A DNA stretch of 32,941 bases from Deinococcales bacterium (GCA_031414595.1 JANNVX010000012.1:1-32941); one strand, 5' to 3'. Positions 18,056 through 27,974 are shown, counted from the stretch's first letter. The notes: generated by a model from the letters alone, not told the origin. Numbers and translations: made by a program.

Positions 18056-18086
18056 AAAAACCCGTTCTCGAAACTCGAGAACGGGT
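18056..18086 (-). terminator. Repeated CTCGAG-core hairpin, copy A (terminator)
   Basis: Perfect 12-bp stem ACCCGTTCTCGA-aac-TCGAGAACGGGT with a U-tract on the minus strand. Confidence 0.8.
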
Positions 18087-18096
18087 ACAGAAAAAG

Positions 18097-19875
18097 TTAC
18101 AATATTTGAATCTCGAGTTTAGAACCCGCCCCAGATTCTGGGGTTATTTTTACGGGCAGATGCTCCGACCAAAGCCCTACAAAAATCTTTTCCATAGAAG
18201 CGACCTGAAAAACCAAAGGACTTGGGTCTAAACGCGGTGAGCTTGGGCGTTCCCAGTAATACGATTCCCCATTATGCCAAGACCGAATTCGCAATGTATC
18301 ACCTGCAAATTGTTTACTTAAAACACGATTGACTTCTCGAGCAATTTTGGAGAGTTTTTCTGTCCCCAAAGCCCGAATAACCACTTTTGTTTTGCGTTTT
18401 GCAAACCGCGACTTAGGAATCACAAATTCTAATTTGAAACCCCCAATAGGCGCATCTTCAAGCCCAAGACTCGGGTACTTAATTAAAGTCGTGCCATGCG
18501 CCCCATTAAAGCCACCATCTAATTTAGAACCAGAATTCTTAAACCCAGCTGTCAAAGCCTCGAGCAGTATTGTGTACTCGAGCATACTTAAGCTCGTTTG
18601 CACCAATTCACCTTGTTCATCAAAACGCTGTGCAAAAGCATAACGCCCTTCAAAAACTGGTTTAATTCCTAGTTTTTGTAATCGCGCCATGTCCCGAGGA
18701 GGAATTTCCATCATCTCACAAGCATTAAAACTCTCCATCCCTCCTTGACGCTCGAGACTTGCCATTGGATTAAACCGAGCCATCAGCGCTGAAAAAAAAT
18801 CTTCTTCAGAACCAAGGTTTTCTAAATCCAAACCCATAGGTGGCGCACCACGTTGATTATAAATAAATTGACAAAAACCAAGCCAAGAAGGAAACATCGC
18901 CAAACCAAACGATTCACCCACATGCCCCATGACCGTAGCGTACTGCCAGTCAGCATTGGGTAACTTAAAAGCAATACACGAGTCTGGTAAAATAAATTCC
19001 CACGGTTTAAGCCCAAAGAAACGCTTAGCAACTTTGGTAAAATCCCGAATTTCTTGTTCTGGAGCATCCTTAAAAAAATAATTTGTTTGGATTTCTAAAC
19101 CACCTTTCTCGGCAAAAGTCTGATAAATCTGGTCTTCTATGCTTGCATCTGCCACTCCCACAGCAACACCCAAGGTGCTTAAAAAAGCAGTTAAAGAACC
19201 AGCTAACGCTGCATCAGGAAAACGCAAAGCCTTCGGACGCAACTGCACACGCCCAGAAGGAGGATTAGCACAAGCACGCAACAACAACGCCTCGAGTTCT
19301 GAAGTCACAAAAATTTTAGGCTGCAGTTGCGTATCCCGCATCTGCCCAGCACTATCAATAATCACCGCTAAGTACACCAATTTGGCATCTGCAAACGGAC
19401 TTTCTTGCACATAATCCAACGCCTGAACTGACAACAACCACTCCTCGGTCTCAGATTGCGGACAAGCCAAAACAACCTCTAAAGACGGAGCAGGCGCACC
19501 CATACGGTTCTTCTCGAGCCTTAACGAATCTGCATGTTCAACCCAAGGCTGCCCCGACCACTCACCCGAAGGTAACAACGTCGCCACTGAAGCCTCCGTG
19601 ACTGTCTTATCCACCGAAAAACGTTCGATACTAAACTGCTCGAGGGCAAATTCAGAAACCCACTCATCCAAATCTGCAAGTTCGCAACGCAAAGCACCAC
19701 AAGACTCGCAGTGCGAAAGACTAAAAAAATCAGATAGTGCTTTATTTTTATCAAGCTCCTTGCTTTTGACTGATTTCTCAAAATGCAGCGTCAGATTCGC
19801 CTCGAGCGTATCGGTGTCTGCGCTACCACAAGAAGGGCAAGTTTCGGAATCGGTATTTGTCCAAAAAAGATTCAT
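18097..19875 (-). CDS. Hypothetical multidomain protein with N-terminal CxxC...CxxC zinc ribbon and DUF7309/DUF6930-like domains
   Basis: CPSCGS and CESCGA; 'FFGLKPWEFI...YATVMGHVGESFGLAMF' resembles DUF7309 (from memory). TAAACT -10 lies 7 nt before ATG. Confidence 0.65.
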   Translation of the reverse strand: MNLFWTNTDSETCPSCGSADTDTLEANLTLHFEKSVKSKELDKNKALSDFFSLSHCESCGALRCELADLDEWVSEFALEQFSIERFSVDKTVTEASVATLLPSGEWSGQPWVEHADSLRLEKNRMGAPAPSLEVVLACPQSETEEWLLSVQALDYVQESPFADAKLVYLAVIIDSAGQMRDTQLQPKIFVTSELEALLLRACANPPSGRVQLRPKALRFPDAALAGSLTAFLSTLGVAVGVADASIEDQIYQTFAEKGGLEIQTNYFFKDAPEQEIRDFTKVAKRFFGLKPWEFILPDSCIAFKLPNADWQYATVMGHVGESFGLAMFPSWLGFCQFIYNQRGAPPMGLDLENLGSEEDFFSALMARFNPMASLERQGGMESFNACEMMEIPPRDMARLQKLGIKPVFEGRYAFAQRFDEQGELVQTSLSMLEYTILLEALTAGFKNSGSKLDGGFNGAHGTTLIKYPSLGLEDAPIGGFKLEFVIPKSRFAKRKTKVVIRALGTEKLSKIAREVNRVLSKQFAGDTLRIRSWHNGESYYWERPSSPRLDPSPLVFQVASMEKIFVGLWSEHLPVKITPESGAGSKLEIQIL

Positions 19876-19909
19876 GCCAAATAGTTTACCGCAACTTGGC
19901 TCGAGCCAT

Positions 19910-19942
19910 AAAAAAACCCGCCCTCGAGTCTCGAGAACGGGC
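19910..19942 (-). terminator. Repeated CTCGAG-core hairpin, copy B (terminator)
   Basis: Minus strand GCCCGTTCTCGAGACTCGAGGGCGGGTTTTTTT. Confidence 0.8.
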
Positions 19943-19956
19943 TTTGGGCAGTGGGA

Positions 19957-22900
19957 CTACGGGGTAAGGACTTTTACAGTATTGCCAACTATAAACCAAA
20001 TGTTTCCATTACTATCACTAGCAATGCCAGACACCATATTTGAAGTGCCAACTTGAATGGTTTGCGATGTAGCATTTGAAGCAACTGTGGAAATAGGTAG
20101 TCTTCCTAAGTTTGTACCAAATCCAAATAAAGCACTGCTGGCACACCAAAAGTGATTATCGCTGCCAACGACGGGATTTGAACCACCACAAGCACCAACA
20201 TTGGTTATTTCACCATTGTATGTAACCCGAGTGATATTGCCAAAAGTGCTTCCCAACCAAAGTGCATTGTCGTGAACAAGTATGGTGCTTGCGCCAGTAC
20301 CTGAAACATTGGATAGAATAGTGATTGCACCACTTGCTGAAATGCGTCCGATTCCCGTGCTACTTGCTGTGAACCAGATATTGCTATCGGTTGCCAGAAC
20401 AAGCTCATTGCTAACGCTGAAGCTACTTGCAAAATTTGCGGATGGGACAACGAATTCAACTAAATTCGTGCCGTCTGGTTGAATTCGTCCTATTTTGAAA
20501 GAATCAGTTCTCGAGAACCAAATGTTTCCATCTGCTCCAAATGCAATTGCTGCGGGCTTAACACCAGTAGGCAAAACAGTTTCTGAAATAACATTGCTGG
20601 GTGTAACTTTAACAAATTTGGTTTCTGAAGCAATCCATACATTGCCTTGTGCATCTAACGTCATATCTCTGGCACTATAAGTAGGGATATTGGGAATAAC
20701 AAGACGTGTAACAGAACTATTTAGACTGACCCGAGAAAGAATCAAATTAGGAGGCGAACCCGAGGTTTCATTTTCGAGGAAATAGATGTTGCCATTTTCG
20801 CCCTTAAGCAAATTGGTTGGGTTCGCAGTTGAAAATTCCGTTACTGCATAATAGGTGTATTTACTCAGGGCTGATGTTGTAGATGTACCTCGAGAATTCT
20901 GCAAGGTTATATCTACAGTACCTACAGTACCTGCTGGTGCGATAACGGTCATGGACTGCGAGCCAGTTAAAGTTTTACTGGTCACTTCTACTGCTCCAAA
21001 GAAAACTTTGGTATTGATGTCAAAATAAGCGCCGTTAATGGCAAGACTATTACCACCAGCCGCCAAACCACCTCGAGAACCAATTTGGGTAATAATTGGT
21101 CGGAAATCTAAAATTGCGGATGCAACTGAAGCACCAAAGAATTGCTGAGTTGAATAATAAGGAGCGTCTTGTACAAATAAACTAAATTTGTATGTGCGAG
21201 AAGTGCTTAGATTAAGACCATAAAATTCTCGCTCATTGCCGTAAGTTGATTGTTTCGCTTGTACAACTTCGCCTGTTACTGCATCAGTAACTTCTGTATA
21301 ATATTCTAACTGTGCAGATGGATTAGTTTCCACAGAATCCCATTTCAAAATTGGATTATTTGAGAATGAAGTCCGAATGACCACGTTCTTTGCAGTGGGC
21401 AATTTTTGTGTTGCATCTATGATGAAAACCGTACCACCTGTTGTTTGGGTTGCACGTCGAACTGTATAAGAGCCAGATACAGGGGGAATTTCACTTAAGA
21501 TCGTGGTGGAGGCTAAAATCCCATTAGATTTATAAATTGTATTGAGTGGCTGGTTATTATTCCAGCCTAAAGGACCGATAATAGTTATAGGAATATCATT
21601 AAGGGTAGGTCCGCCAGTACCGTTACTAAAAACTAATCGGATTGATGTGCCAAGGGCTGTATCTTCGATGTTAAATGTGTTCCCAAAAGCAGTAAAGCCA
21701 ACCACTGCAATATTGGTTGTTGCAGATAAACTTGTGTTTTTTAGCTGGACGTTCAATTGCGTATTGCCGAGCTTCTTAGCTGTAACAACGCCCGACGCAT
21801 TAACCTCGAGAATAGTTGAATCGTTTGAAGTCCATTCAAGTTCTGAATTTAGGAATTCATAACCATCTGCTGCGGTGGTAACAAGATTGGTGGTTTCGCT
21901 TACTTCTAATTCGGGTTTTGGGTTGCTAATGGTAATTACTCCCGAAGGAATAAATCGCCAAGTCACATCAGAAGGTACTGAGTCTGTGGAAATCCTTAGA
22001 CTATTGCTGGAAATAAATTCTACCAGTAAAATATTCCATCCTTGCTTAAACGTTGCATTTGCTGTTTGGGTAGAACCATTGGAAGAACATGTACCTGTTA
22101 GTGTACTTGCCTTATCTGAAAAGTAGTAAAAAGCTCGTTTAGTACCAGCACTCTGGCTAGATGGATTAGAGTTATTTGCTCGAACCAATGAGCCACTTAA
22201 AGCACCATTTGTGGTTTCGACACCGAAGTCAACGGTTGCACCCTTGGCATCGGGTGGTGTCAGGACAAAGCTATTCGAGCCACAAGCACCTGTCGTTAAT
22301 AAAGATTGCAAGTTTGATACTGTATCTGGCAAAGTCATCTCGAATTGACCTGCTTGGCTAAAAGTTCCAATAGCTGCTGTTACTGGCGCATTAGGTATTG
22401 TAAAAATAACGCCCTTTAGAATCCTTGCCCCTCGAGTCCAAGGTGTTATTGTTCCAGAAATAACATTGGCTGGTGGCTCGACTGGTTGAGCTACAGTTAC
22501 TGTGACTGCTTTTGTTTCACTGCCAAGACTGTTAGTGGCTGTCAAAGTATATGTGGTTGTAGCATTCACGGTCACGGCTTTTTCTGTGCCAGTCACAGTT
22601 CCTACGGCTTTATCAATGCTAAGGGTGTCTGCCCCAGCCACTGTCCAAGCAAGGGTACTCGAGCCTCCCCCAACTGGTAATGAAGCTGGGGTTGCAGTAA
22701 ATGTACTAATGACTGGTTTACCTGTTGCGACAGTAATGGTCACGGTTTTTTGAACGCTTCCAGCACTATTTGTTGCAGTGAGCGTATAACTTTTTGTTGC
22801 TGTAACAGTAATTGCTTTTTCAGTCCCAGTTACAACGCCTACGCCTTGGTCTATGGTTAAGGTATCTGCATTTGTTGTTGACCAAGCTAAGGTACTCGAG

Positions 22901-23028
22901 CCACCGCCAATTGGGAGCGACTCGGGTGTAGCCGTAAAGGTCGTAATGGTTGGTAGTACAATTGGGGTCGGACAAGCCACCAGAATAGCCGCTAGTCCTG
23001 CCAATAAAAATTGCTGTAATTTTTTCAC
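19957..23028 (-). CDS. Large surface lipoprotein: two Ig/PKD-like repeats, Big_2 domain, IPT/TIG domain, C-terminal Vgb-like beta-propeller
   Basis: Lipobox ILVAC. Two about 76-aa repeats 'FTATP.SLP.GGGSSTLAW...YTLTATNS.GS'; 'WTSNDSTILEVNASGVVTAK' (Big_2); 'GGNSLAINGAYF...GTVDITLQNSRGTS' (IPT); repeated 'G.DGNIWF' blades. Confidence 0.8.
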   Translation of the reverse strand: MKKLQQFLLAGLAAILVACPTPIVLPTITTFTATPESLPIGGGSSTLAWSTTNADTLTIDQGVGVVTGTEKAITVTATKSYTLTATNSAGSVQKTVTITVATGKPVISTFTATPASLPVGGGSSTLAWTVAGADTLSIDKAVGTVTGTEKAVTVNATTTYTLTATNSLGSETKAVTVTVAQPVEPPANVISGTITPWTRGARILKGVIFTIPNAPVTAAIGTFSQAGQFEMTLPDTVSNLQSLLTTGACGSNSFVLTPPDAKGATVDFGVETTNGALSGSLVRANNSNPSSQSAGTKRAFYYFSDKASTLTGTCSSNGSTQTANATFKQGWNILLVEFISSNSLRISTDSVPSDVTWRFIPSGVITISNPKPELEVSETTNLVTTAADGYEFLNSELEWTSNDSTILEVNASGVVTAKKLGNTQLNVQLKNTSLSATTNIAVVGFTAFGNTFNIEDTALGTSIRLVFSNGTGGPTLNDIPITIIGPLGWNNNQPLNTIYKSNGILASTTILSEIPPVSGSYTVRRATQTTGGTVFIIDATQKLPTAKNVVIRTSFSNNPILKWDSVETNPSAQLEYYTEVTDAVTGEVVQAKQSTYGNEREFYGLNLSTSRTYKFSLFVQDAPYYSTQQFFGASVASAILDFRPIITQIGSRGGLAAGGNSLAINGAYFDINTKVFFGAVEVTSKTLTGSQSMTVIAPAGTVGTVDITLQNSRGTSTTSALSKYTYYAVTEFSTANPTNLLKGENGNIYFLENETSGSPPNLILSRVSLNSSVTRLVIPNIPTYSARDMTLDAQGNVWIASETKFVKVTPSNVISETVLPTGVKPAAIAFGADGNIWFSRTDSFKIGRIQPDGTNLVEFVVPSANFASSFSVSNELVLATDSNIWFTASSTGIGRISASGAITILSNVSGTGASTILVHDNALWLGSTFGNITRVTYNGEITNVGACGGSNPVVGSDNHFWCASSALFGFGTNLGRLPISTVASNATSQTIQVGTSNMVSGIASDSNGNIWFIVGNTVKVLTP

Positions 23029-23060
23029 AAAAAAACTCCCTAACCATCTGCTAAATTTTG

Positions 23061-23090
23061 AAACCCGCCCTCGAATCTCGAGAACGGGTT
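23061..23090 (-). terminator. Repeated CTCGAG-core hairpin, copy C (terminator after korB)
   Basis: Minus strand AACCCGTTCTCGAGATTCGAGGGCGGGTTT. Confidence 0.7.
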
Positions 23091-23132
23091 AATTCTACTA
23101 CTTATTTTTAATTGCCAAGGTCAGCTTTGACC

Positions 23133-24188
23133 TTATGCGTAACTTGCCATGACTTTTTCTAAGCTCTCACGGCTTGGGCGGGTCAGGTGTTCGGGCAGCA
23201 GTGCCAGTGGTGTAGCGTGAACATCTTCGGTGTCTATCAGGGTTTTGCGGCTTTCATTGAGGTATACTAAGCCCGTCACCAATTCGCCACTGCGTTGCCC
23301 ATCGGCTAATAACTTCAAAGCACTGAGTTTATCGGTTGGATTGTGGTCTTTGGCGAGTTTTTTAAGTTGAATCGTTGGACCTTCGTGCAGTTTAACGCTC
23401 AAGACTTCGCCAGGTTCGTACTCCACACTAATCTCGGAGAATTCTGGGACAAAGGTAATGTCGTGAATCGGCACTTCGTTTTCCTTGCCGTAACTGTAGC
23501 TTTTGGTGCTGTCGTCAGCGTTGTTAAAGGTCACGCATGGCGAAATGATGTCCAGCACCGCCACACCCTTAAAACTCATGGCGGCTTTTAAGAGTTCGGT
23601 CACTTGCTTGGCATCACCCGCAAAACTGCGTGCCACAAATCCTGCACCTGCAATAATCGCTTCGGCACAAAGGTCTAGCGGTGGTTGTTCGTTTGTACCA
23701 GCGTATTTGAGGGTTTGCCCTTCGTCGGCAGTGGCGCTAAATTGCCCCTTGGTCAGTCCGTAGACACCGTTGTTCTCGATGATGTAAACCATTGGTACAT
23801 TGCGACGAACCGCGTGCTTAAACTGCCCTAAACCAATGCTTCCAGAGTCGCCGTCGCCAGACACACCAATCGCGGTTTGGTTGCGTTGGGCAAGCATTGC
23901 ACCCGTGGCGACGCTGGGCATCCGTCCGTGAACTGTGTTGATACCGTGAGCGCCATTCAAAAAATAAGCTGGCGACTTACTCGAGCAACCAATGCCAGAC
24001 AGCTTAATCACTTCATGGGGTTTTAAGCCAATGCTAAACGCCGCGTCTATAATTCGCATCGAGATGCTGTCATGTCCGCAACCCGGGCAGAGGGTGCTGG
24101 GTAAGCCTTTGTAATCGGCTTTGGTTAAACCAATTTTGTTGGTGTTTGCGGTCGGTACTGTTGGAGTCGGTACTGTTGCAGCAGTCAT
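23133..24188 (-). CDS. korB: 2-oxoacid:ferredoxin oxidoreductase subunit beta
   Basis: LCPGCGH, SGIGCSS, HGRMPS, GDGDSGSIG (TPP binding), NNGVYGLTKGQFS and SPCVTFN. Substrate specificity not determinable. Confidence 0.93.
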   Translation of the reverse strand: MTAATVPTPTVPTANTNKIGLTKADYKGLPSTLCPGCGHDSISMRIIDAAFSIGLKPHEVIKLSGIGCSSKSPAYFLNGAHGINTVHGRMPSVATGAMLAQRNQTAIGVSGDGDSGSIGLGQFKHAVRRNVPMVYIIENNGVYGLTKGQFSATADEGQTLKYAGTNEQPPLDLCAEAIIAGAGFVARSFAGDAKQVTELLKAAMSFKGVAVLDIISPCVTFNNADDSTKSYSYGKENEVPIHDITFVPEFSEISVEYEPGEVLSVKLHEGPTIQLKKLAKDHNPTDKLSALKLLADGQRSGELVTGLVYLNESRKTLIDTEDVHATPLALLPEHLTRPSRESLEKVMASYA

Positions 24189-26005
24189 GAGTTTACTCCT
24201 TTTACTCGAGTCGCCACAAAGTCGCCACTGAGCGGTAAGCCGTCGCAGTGGGCAATGCTGTGGATGCGGGTGGCAAATTCTGGGTATTCGGTACGCAGTA
24301 AAATAGCAAGTTGACCATGTTGGTTCATTTCAATCACGATCACTTTGTCGTGGTTGCCAATAAATTCGCGCACTTCCGAGCCAAATGGCAATGCTCGAAC
24401 GCGCATGTAGTCACTCGAGATTCCTTCTTTGGTAAGCATCGCTCGACCCTCAACCATGGCTGGGTCTACACTGCCCATGGCAATCAGCCCAAGGCTCGAG
24501 CCAGTTAAGTCAATCACTGCTTTTGGCACGATGTCACGAGCATGGTTATGCTTTCGGTCAAGTCGGGCAAGGTTTTTCTGCCAATCTTCTGGACGCTCGG
24601 AATAGGTGGCAAGGTCGGTGTGACCTGTACCGCGTGTGAAGTAAGCTGCGCCCATGGCATCTGTACCGGGCAATGTACGTGGACCCACGCCTAAACCGTC
24701 TTCGTCTTTGTACCGTGCAAAGGTATGACCTGCTTTAATCACATCTTCGGCGCTTAAGACCTTACCGCGATTCATCGGTTCGGTTGGGTACTCGAACGGT
24801 TCAGACATCCAGATATTCATGCCCAAATCAAGGTCAGAATTGACAAACACAGGGGTTTGCAGTTGGTCGGCGAGGTCAAAAGCCCGCCAGCCAAATTCAA
24901 AGCATTCTTTGGGGTCGCTTGGCAGCAGCACAATATGTTTGGTGTCGCCGTGCGACAAGTAATAGGTGCTTAATAAATCGCCCTGCGAGACCCTTGTTGG
25001 TAAGCCAGTGCTAGGTCCCATGCGTTGAACATTCCAAATCACAATTGGCACTTCGGCAAAATAGGCATAACCCGCAAACTCAGACATTAAGCTAATACCG
25101 GGTCCACTGGTGCTGGTCATGGCTCGAGCGCCGCCCCAACCTGCGCCGATTAGCATGCCAATCGCGGCTAATTCGTCTTCGGCTTGGACAATAGCAAAAG
25201 TGGCTTTGCCAGTCTCTGTGTCTTTACGCAGTTTTGGCATCCATTCAATCATGCCGTCGGCTAGGCTGGTGGCTGGGGTAATTGGATACCATGCCAGTAC
25301 GGTACAACCACCGTAAATGCCGCCCAAAGCTCCTGCCATGTTGCCATCAATTAAAATTTTGCCTTTGGTGGCATCCATTCGTTCGGCGCGGTATGGGTCG
25401 GTTTTGGTAACATTAGCGGCGCACCAGTCAAAAGCAGCTTTGGCGATGGCAAAATTGGGGTCTACCAGTTTTGCTCGACCACCAAAGTTTTTATTTAGGT
25501 AGGCATAAATCGAATCCATTTCGATGCCGACAACCTGAGCCAGCGCACCAACGTAGACCAAGTTAATCATGCGGTCACGAAACTTGGGGTCTACGTTTTG
25601 TTCTTTCATGATTGCACTGGCGGGCAGCGCATAAACACTTATATCGTCTCTCGAGCCTACGAGTTTAATGTTGTCGGGGTAGAACATTACGCCGCCACTT
25701 GGCAGGGTGCGGAAATCCTCTTCAATGGTTTTGGCATTAAACGCCACCAGAATTTCAGAATAATCCCGACGTGCAGTAAAACCCGCGCCACTGGCACGAA
25801 TCGAATACCAAGTTGGCAAGCCCTTAATGTTACTTGGAAATAAGTTCTTAGCGTTGACTGGAATGCCCATTTGGAACAGTGCATTAACCAATGTTGCATT
25901 GGCGGTTTGAGAACCCGAACCGTTGACTGTAGCGACGTTAATCGTAAAGTCATTGATAACAGGAGCGCGATTGGTGCTGACTGGACGTTCGGCGAGTTGC
26001 GTCAT
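24185..26005 (-). CDS. korA: 2-oxoacid:acceptor oxidoreductase subunit alpha
   Basis: Fused gamma-like N-terminus, YPITPAT, QAEDELAAIGM, TSTSGPGISLM, QRMGPSTGLPT. ATGA-coupled to the beta subunit. Confidence 0.93.
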   Translation of the reverse strand: MTQLAERPVSTNRAPVINDFTINVATVNGSGSQTANATLVNALFQMGIPVNAKNLFPSNIKGLPTWYSIRASGAGFTARRDYSEILVAFNAKTIEEDFRTLPSGGVMFYPDNIKLVGSRDDISVYALPASAIMKEQNVDPKFRDRMINLVYVGALAQVVGIEMDSIYAYLNKNFGGRAKLVDPNFAIAKAAFDWCAANVTKTDPYRAERMDATKGKILIDGNMAGALGGIYGGCTVLAWYPITPATSLADGMIEWMPKLRKDTETGKATFAIVQAEDELAAIGMLIGAGWGGARAMTSTSGPGISLMSEFAGYAYFAEVPIVIWNVQRMGPSTGLPTRVSQGDLLSTYYLSHGDTKHIVLLPSDPKECFEFGWRAFDLADQLQTPVFVNSDLDLGMNIWMSEPFEYPTEPMNRGKVLSAEDVIKAGHTFARYKDEDGLGVGPRTLPGTDAMGAAYFTRGTGHTDLATYSERPEDWQKNLARLDRKHNHARDIVPKAVIDLTGSSLGLIAMGSVDPAMVEGRAMLTKEGISSDYMRVRALPFGSEVREFIGNHDKVIVIEMNQHGQLAILLRTEYPEFATRIHSIAHCDGLPLSGDFVATRVKGVNS

Positions 26006-26171
26006 CGAAAAAGTACCTCGAGAGAATAGAGAGAAATTCTTGCTTAAGCCACCGTGACTTAAGTACCGCCCATGAGTCTAGCAAACCTGAACCGTTAAGA
26101 GCATGGGCAAAATGCCCAAAGAGTCTATGTGTCTTTGGCGGGAACAACAAGAATTACCCTATACTAATGCC

Positions 26172-26765
26172 ATGACTGCCTTACTTGAACGACCAGAAAA
26201 AAAATCTGAGGCACAACCAGTTACACCACAAGGACTTCGTTTCGCACGAATTACGCTCGAGATGTATGACACGCTGATTGCAGCCGGAAAAATCACCAAT
26301 GAATCTCGAGTTGAACTGCTTGATGGTTATATTGTACGAAGGGAAGACATGAATCCACCACATATGAACCGAGTCAAAGATTTGTATGGTCTACTCAAGC
26401 CACAATTTCAGGGACGGGCGGATGTCTACCAAGAAAGTGCCATTGAGCTTCCGACAGATGGAAGACCTCAGCCAGATATTGCAATTATTGTTAAAAATCA
26501 GGCTCGAGACAAGTTTGCTCGTCCAGAAAGTATTCATTTAATCATTGAAGTAGCCGAAACTACCATTCACACAGACCGTGATCATAAGCAACTGCTGTAC
26601 GCTCGGGATGGCATACCCGAATACTGGATTCTGAACTTAAACACCAACGAACTCGAGGTTTACCGAAAACCAAATGGCGAGCGCTACACGAGTAGTTTTA
26701 CGCTCGGTGCTGGCGAAACAACCGCTTGCCTTGCGTTTCCAGATGACCAAATAGATTGGGCATAA
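26172..26765 (+). CDS. Uma2-family (DUF820) PD-(D/E)xK endonuclease-like protein
   Basis: RVELLDGYI, PQPDIAII, LIIEVAETT..DR..K..LYARDGIPEYWILNL. TATACT -10 lies 6 nt before ATG 26172. Confidence 0.92.
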   Translation: MTALLERPEKKSEAQPVTPQGLRFARITLEMYDTLIAAGKITNESRVELLDGYIVRREDMNPPHMNRVKDLYGLLKPQFQGRADVYQESAIELPTDGRPQPDIAIIVKNQARDKFARPESIHLIIEVAETTIHTDRDHKQLLYARDGIPEYWILNLNTNELEVYRKPNGERYTSSFTLGAGETTACLAFPDDQIDWA

Positions 26766-26807
26766 ATTTTGACATTTGGCTCACACAATTTTTTATAAAC
26801 TCGAGGG

Positions 26808-27974
26808 GTGAAATCTCTCTCCCCGTATTGGCGTGGCTCGCTTTACTTTATTGCCTTTTGGGGTTCGCTGGGGAGCATCGTTGGTTTTTTTGGGGTGCGT
26901 TGGATAGAACTTGGGATTCTACCCGCCCAACTTGGTTTACTGGCTATTTTTGGACCGATTGCTGGGTTTACCCTTGCGCCAATTATCTCGAGAATTGCTG
27001 ATGCTAGAGGCACACACCGTCAAATTATTGCGGGCAGTTTATTTTTCATGGGCTTGGTTTTAAGTTTGGGCGTGTTTGTCCACGACTTTACTGGGGCGCT
27101 GATATTATCCATTGCCACCGCGATTGTTGCCTCACCACTTGGTTCGGTTGGCGACGGGCTGATTGCTCGGATGGCAAGCAACAACGGTTTGCAATTTGGT
27201 CAAATGCGCCTTTGGGGGAGTTTGTCCTTTGCGATTGCTAGTGCCTTATTTGGTTTTGTCTACAGTAAAACTGGTTACTTACCGATGTTCTTAATTTGCG
27301 GTCTGGGCTTAATGTCCATGATTCCCTTAGCGCTAAATCTCGAGCCGAGCAAAGATAAAGAAATTACCCGCGAGACACCAGAAAAGCCTGTTCTCGAGTC
27401 AAACTCGCTCGAGCCAAGCAAACCAAAATTTGAAAGCAGTTTAATTGTGATTTTACTGGTCAATTTACTGATTGGACTTGGGCTTGGTTTTACAGGACCC
27501 TATTATGGCGTGCGGGTTGGGCAACTTGGCGGTGATGCTGCCCAAATCGGATTTTTCTTTGGGATTGTTGCCTTGGCAGAACTTCCGACCATGCTCTATG
27601 AAAAACGCATTGCCAAACGCCTTGGAGATGCGGGGTCGTTGTTGCTGGCAGGAGTTTTATATACGGTTGCCCATTTGTCATATACCTTAGCCCCAAGTGC
27701 GACATGGATGACTTTTAGTGCCTGTTTTCAGGGATTGGCGTTTGGACTGTTTTTTGTCGGCAGTGTCCGTATGGTGGATGCTCGAGCCGGAGCGCTGATT
27801 AGCACCCTACAAAGTTGGCGCAATGCCATGTTAGGAGGGGTTGCGCCGCTTGTGGGGGCTGGGGTTGGGGGCTGGGTTGCAGGGCAGTACACTGTCCAAG
27901 GCGTTTTTGCCCTGACCACTGGTATCATGTTGGTCTCGAGTATTGTGATTTTTGCGACCCGTAAGCGATTGTAG
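26808..27974 (+). CDS. MFS transporter (MFS_1_like, nucleoside/PPP symporter-like)
   Basis: About 12 TM segments, 'SRIADARG', 'FGQMRLWGSLSF', 'LAELP'. Confidence 0.88.
   Translation: MKSLSPYWRGSLYFIAFWGSLGSIVGFFGVRWIELGILPAQLGLLAIFGPIAGFTLAPIISRIADARGTHRQIIAGSLFFMGLVLSLGVFVHDFTGALILSIATAIVASPLGSVGDGLIARMASNNGLQFGQMRLWGSLSFAIASALFGFVYSKTGYLPMFLICGLGLMSMIPLALNLEPSKDKEITRETPEKPVLESNSLEPSKPKFESSLIVILLVNLLIGLGLGFTGPYYGVRVGQLGGDAAQIGFFFGIVALAELPTMLYEKRIAKRLGDAGSLLLAGVLYTVAHLSYTLAPSATWMTFSACFQGLAFGLFFVGSVRMVDARAGALISTLQSWRNAMLGGVAPLVGAGVGGWVAGQYTVQGVFALTTGIMLVSSIVIFATRKRL

Noticed and set aside
18056-23090. Integron attC cassette array
   Set aside because: The hairpins are only about 30 bp, lack the RYYYAAC...GTTRRRY box architecture with extrahelical bases, and no integron integrase is present.
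24151-24179. 15-bp-period duplication GTCGGTACTGTTG at the korB N-terminus
   Set aside because: Encodes a low-complexity TVPTPTVPT linker; ordinary slippage.
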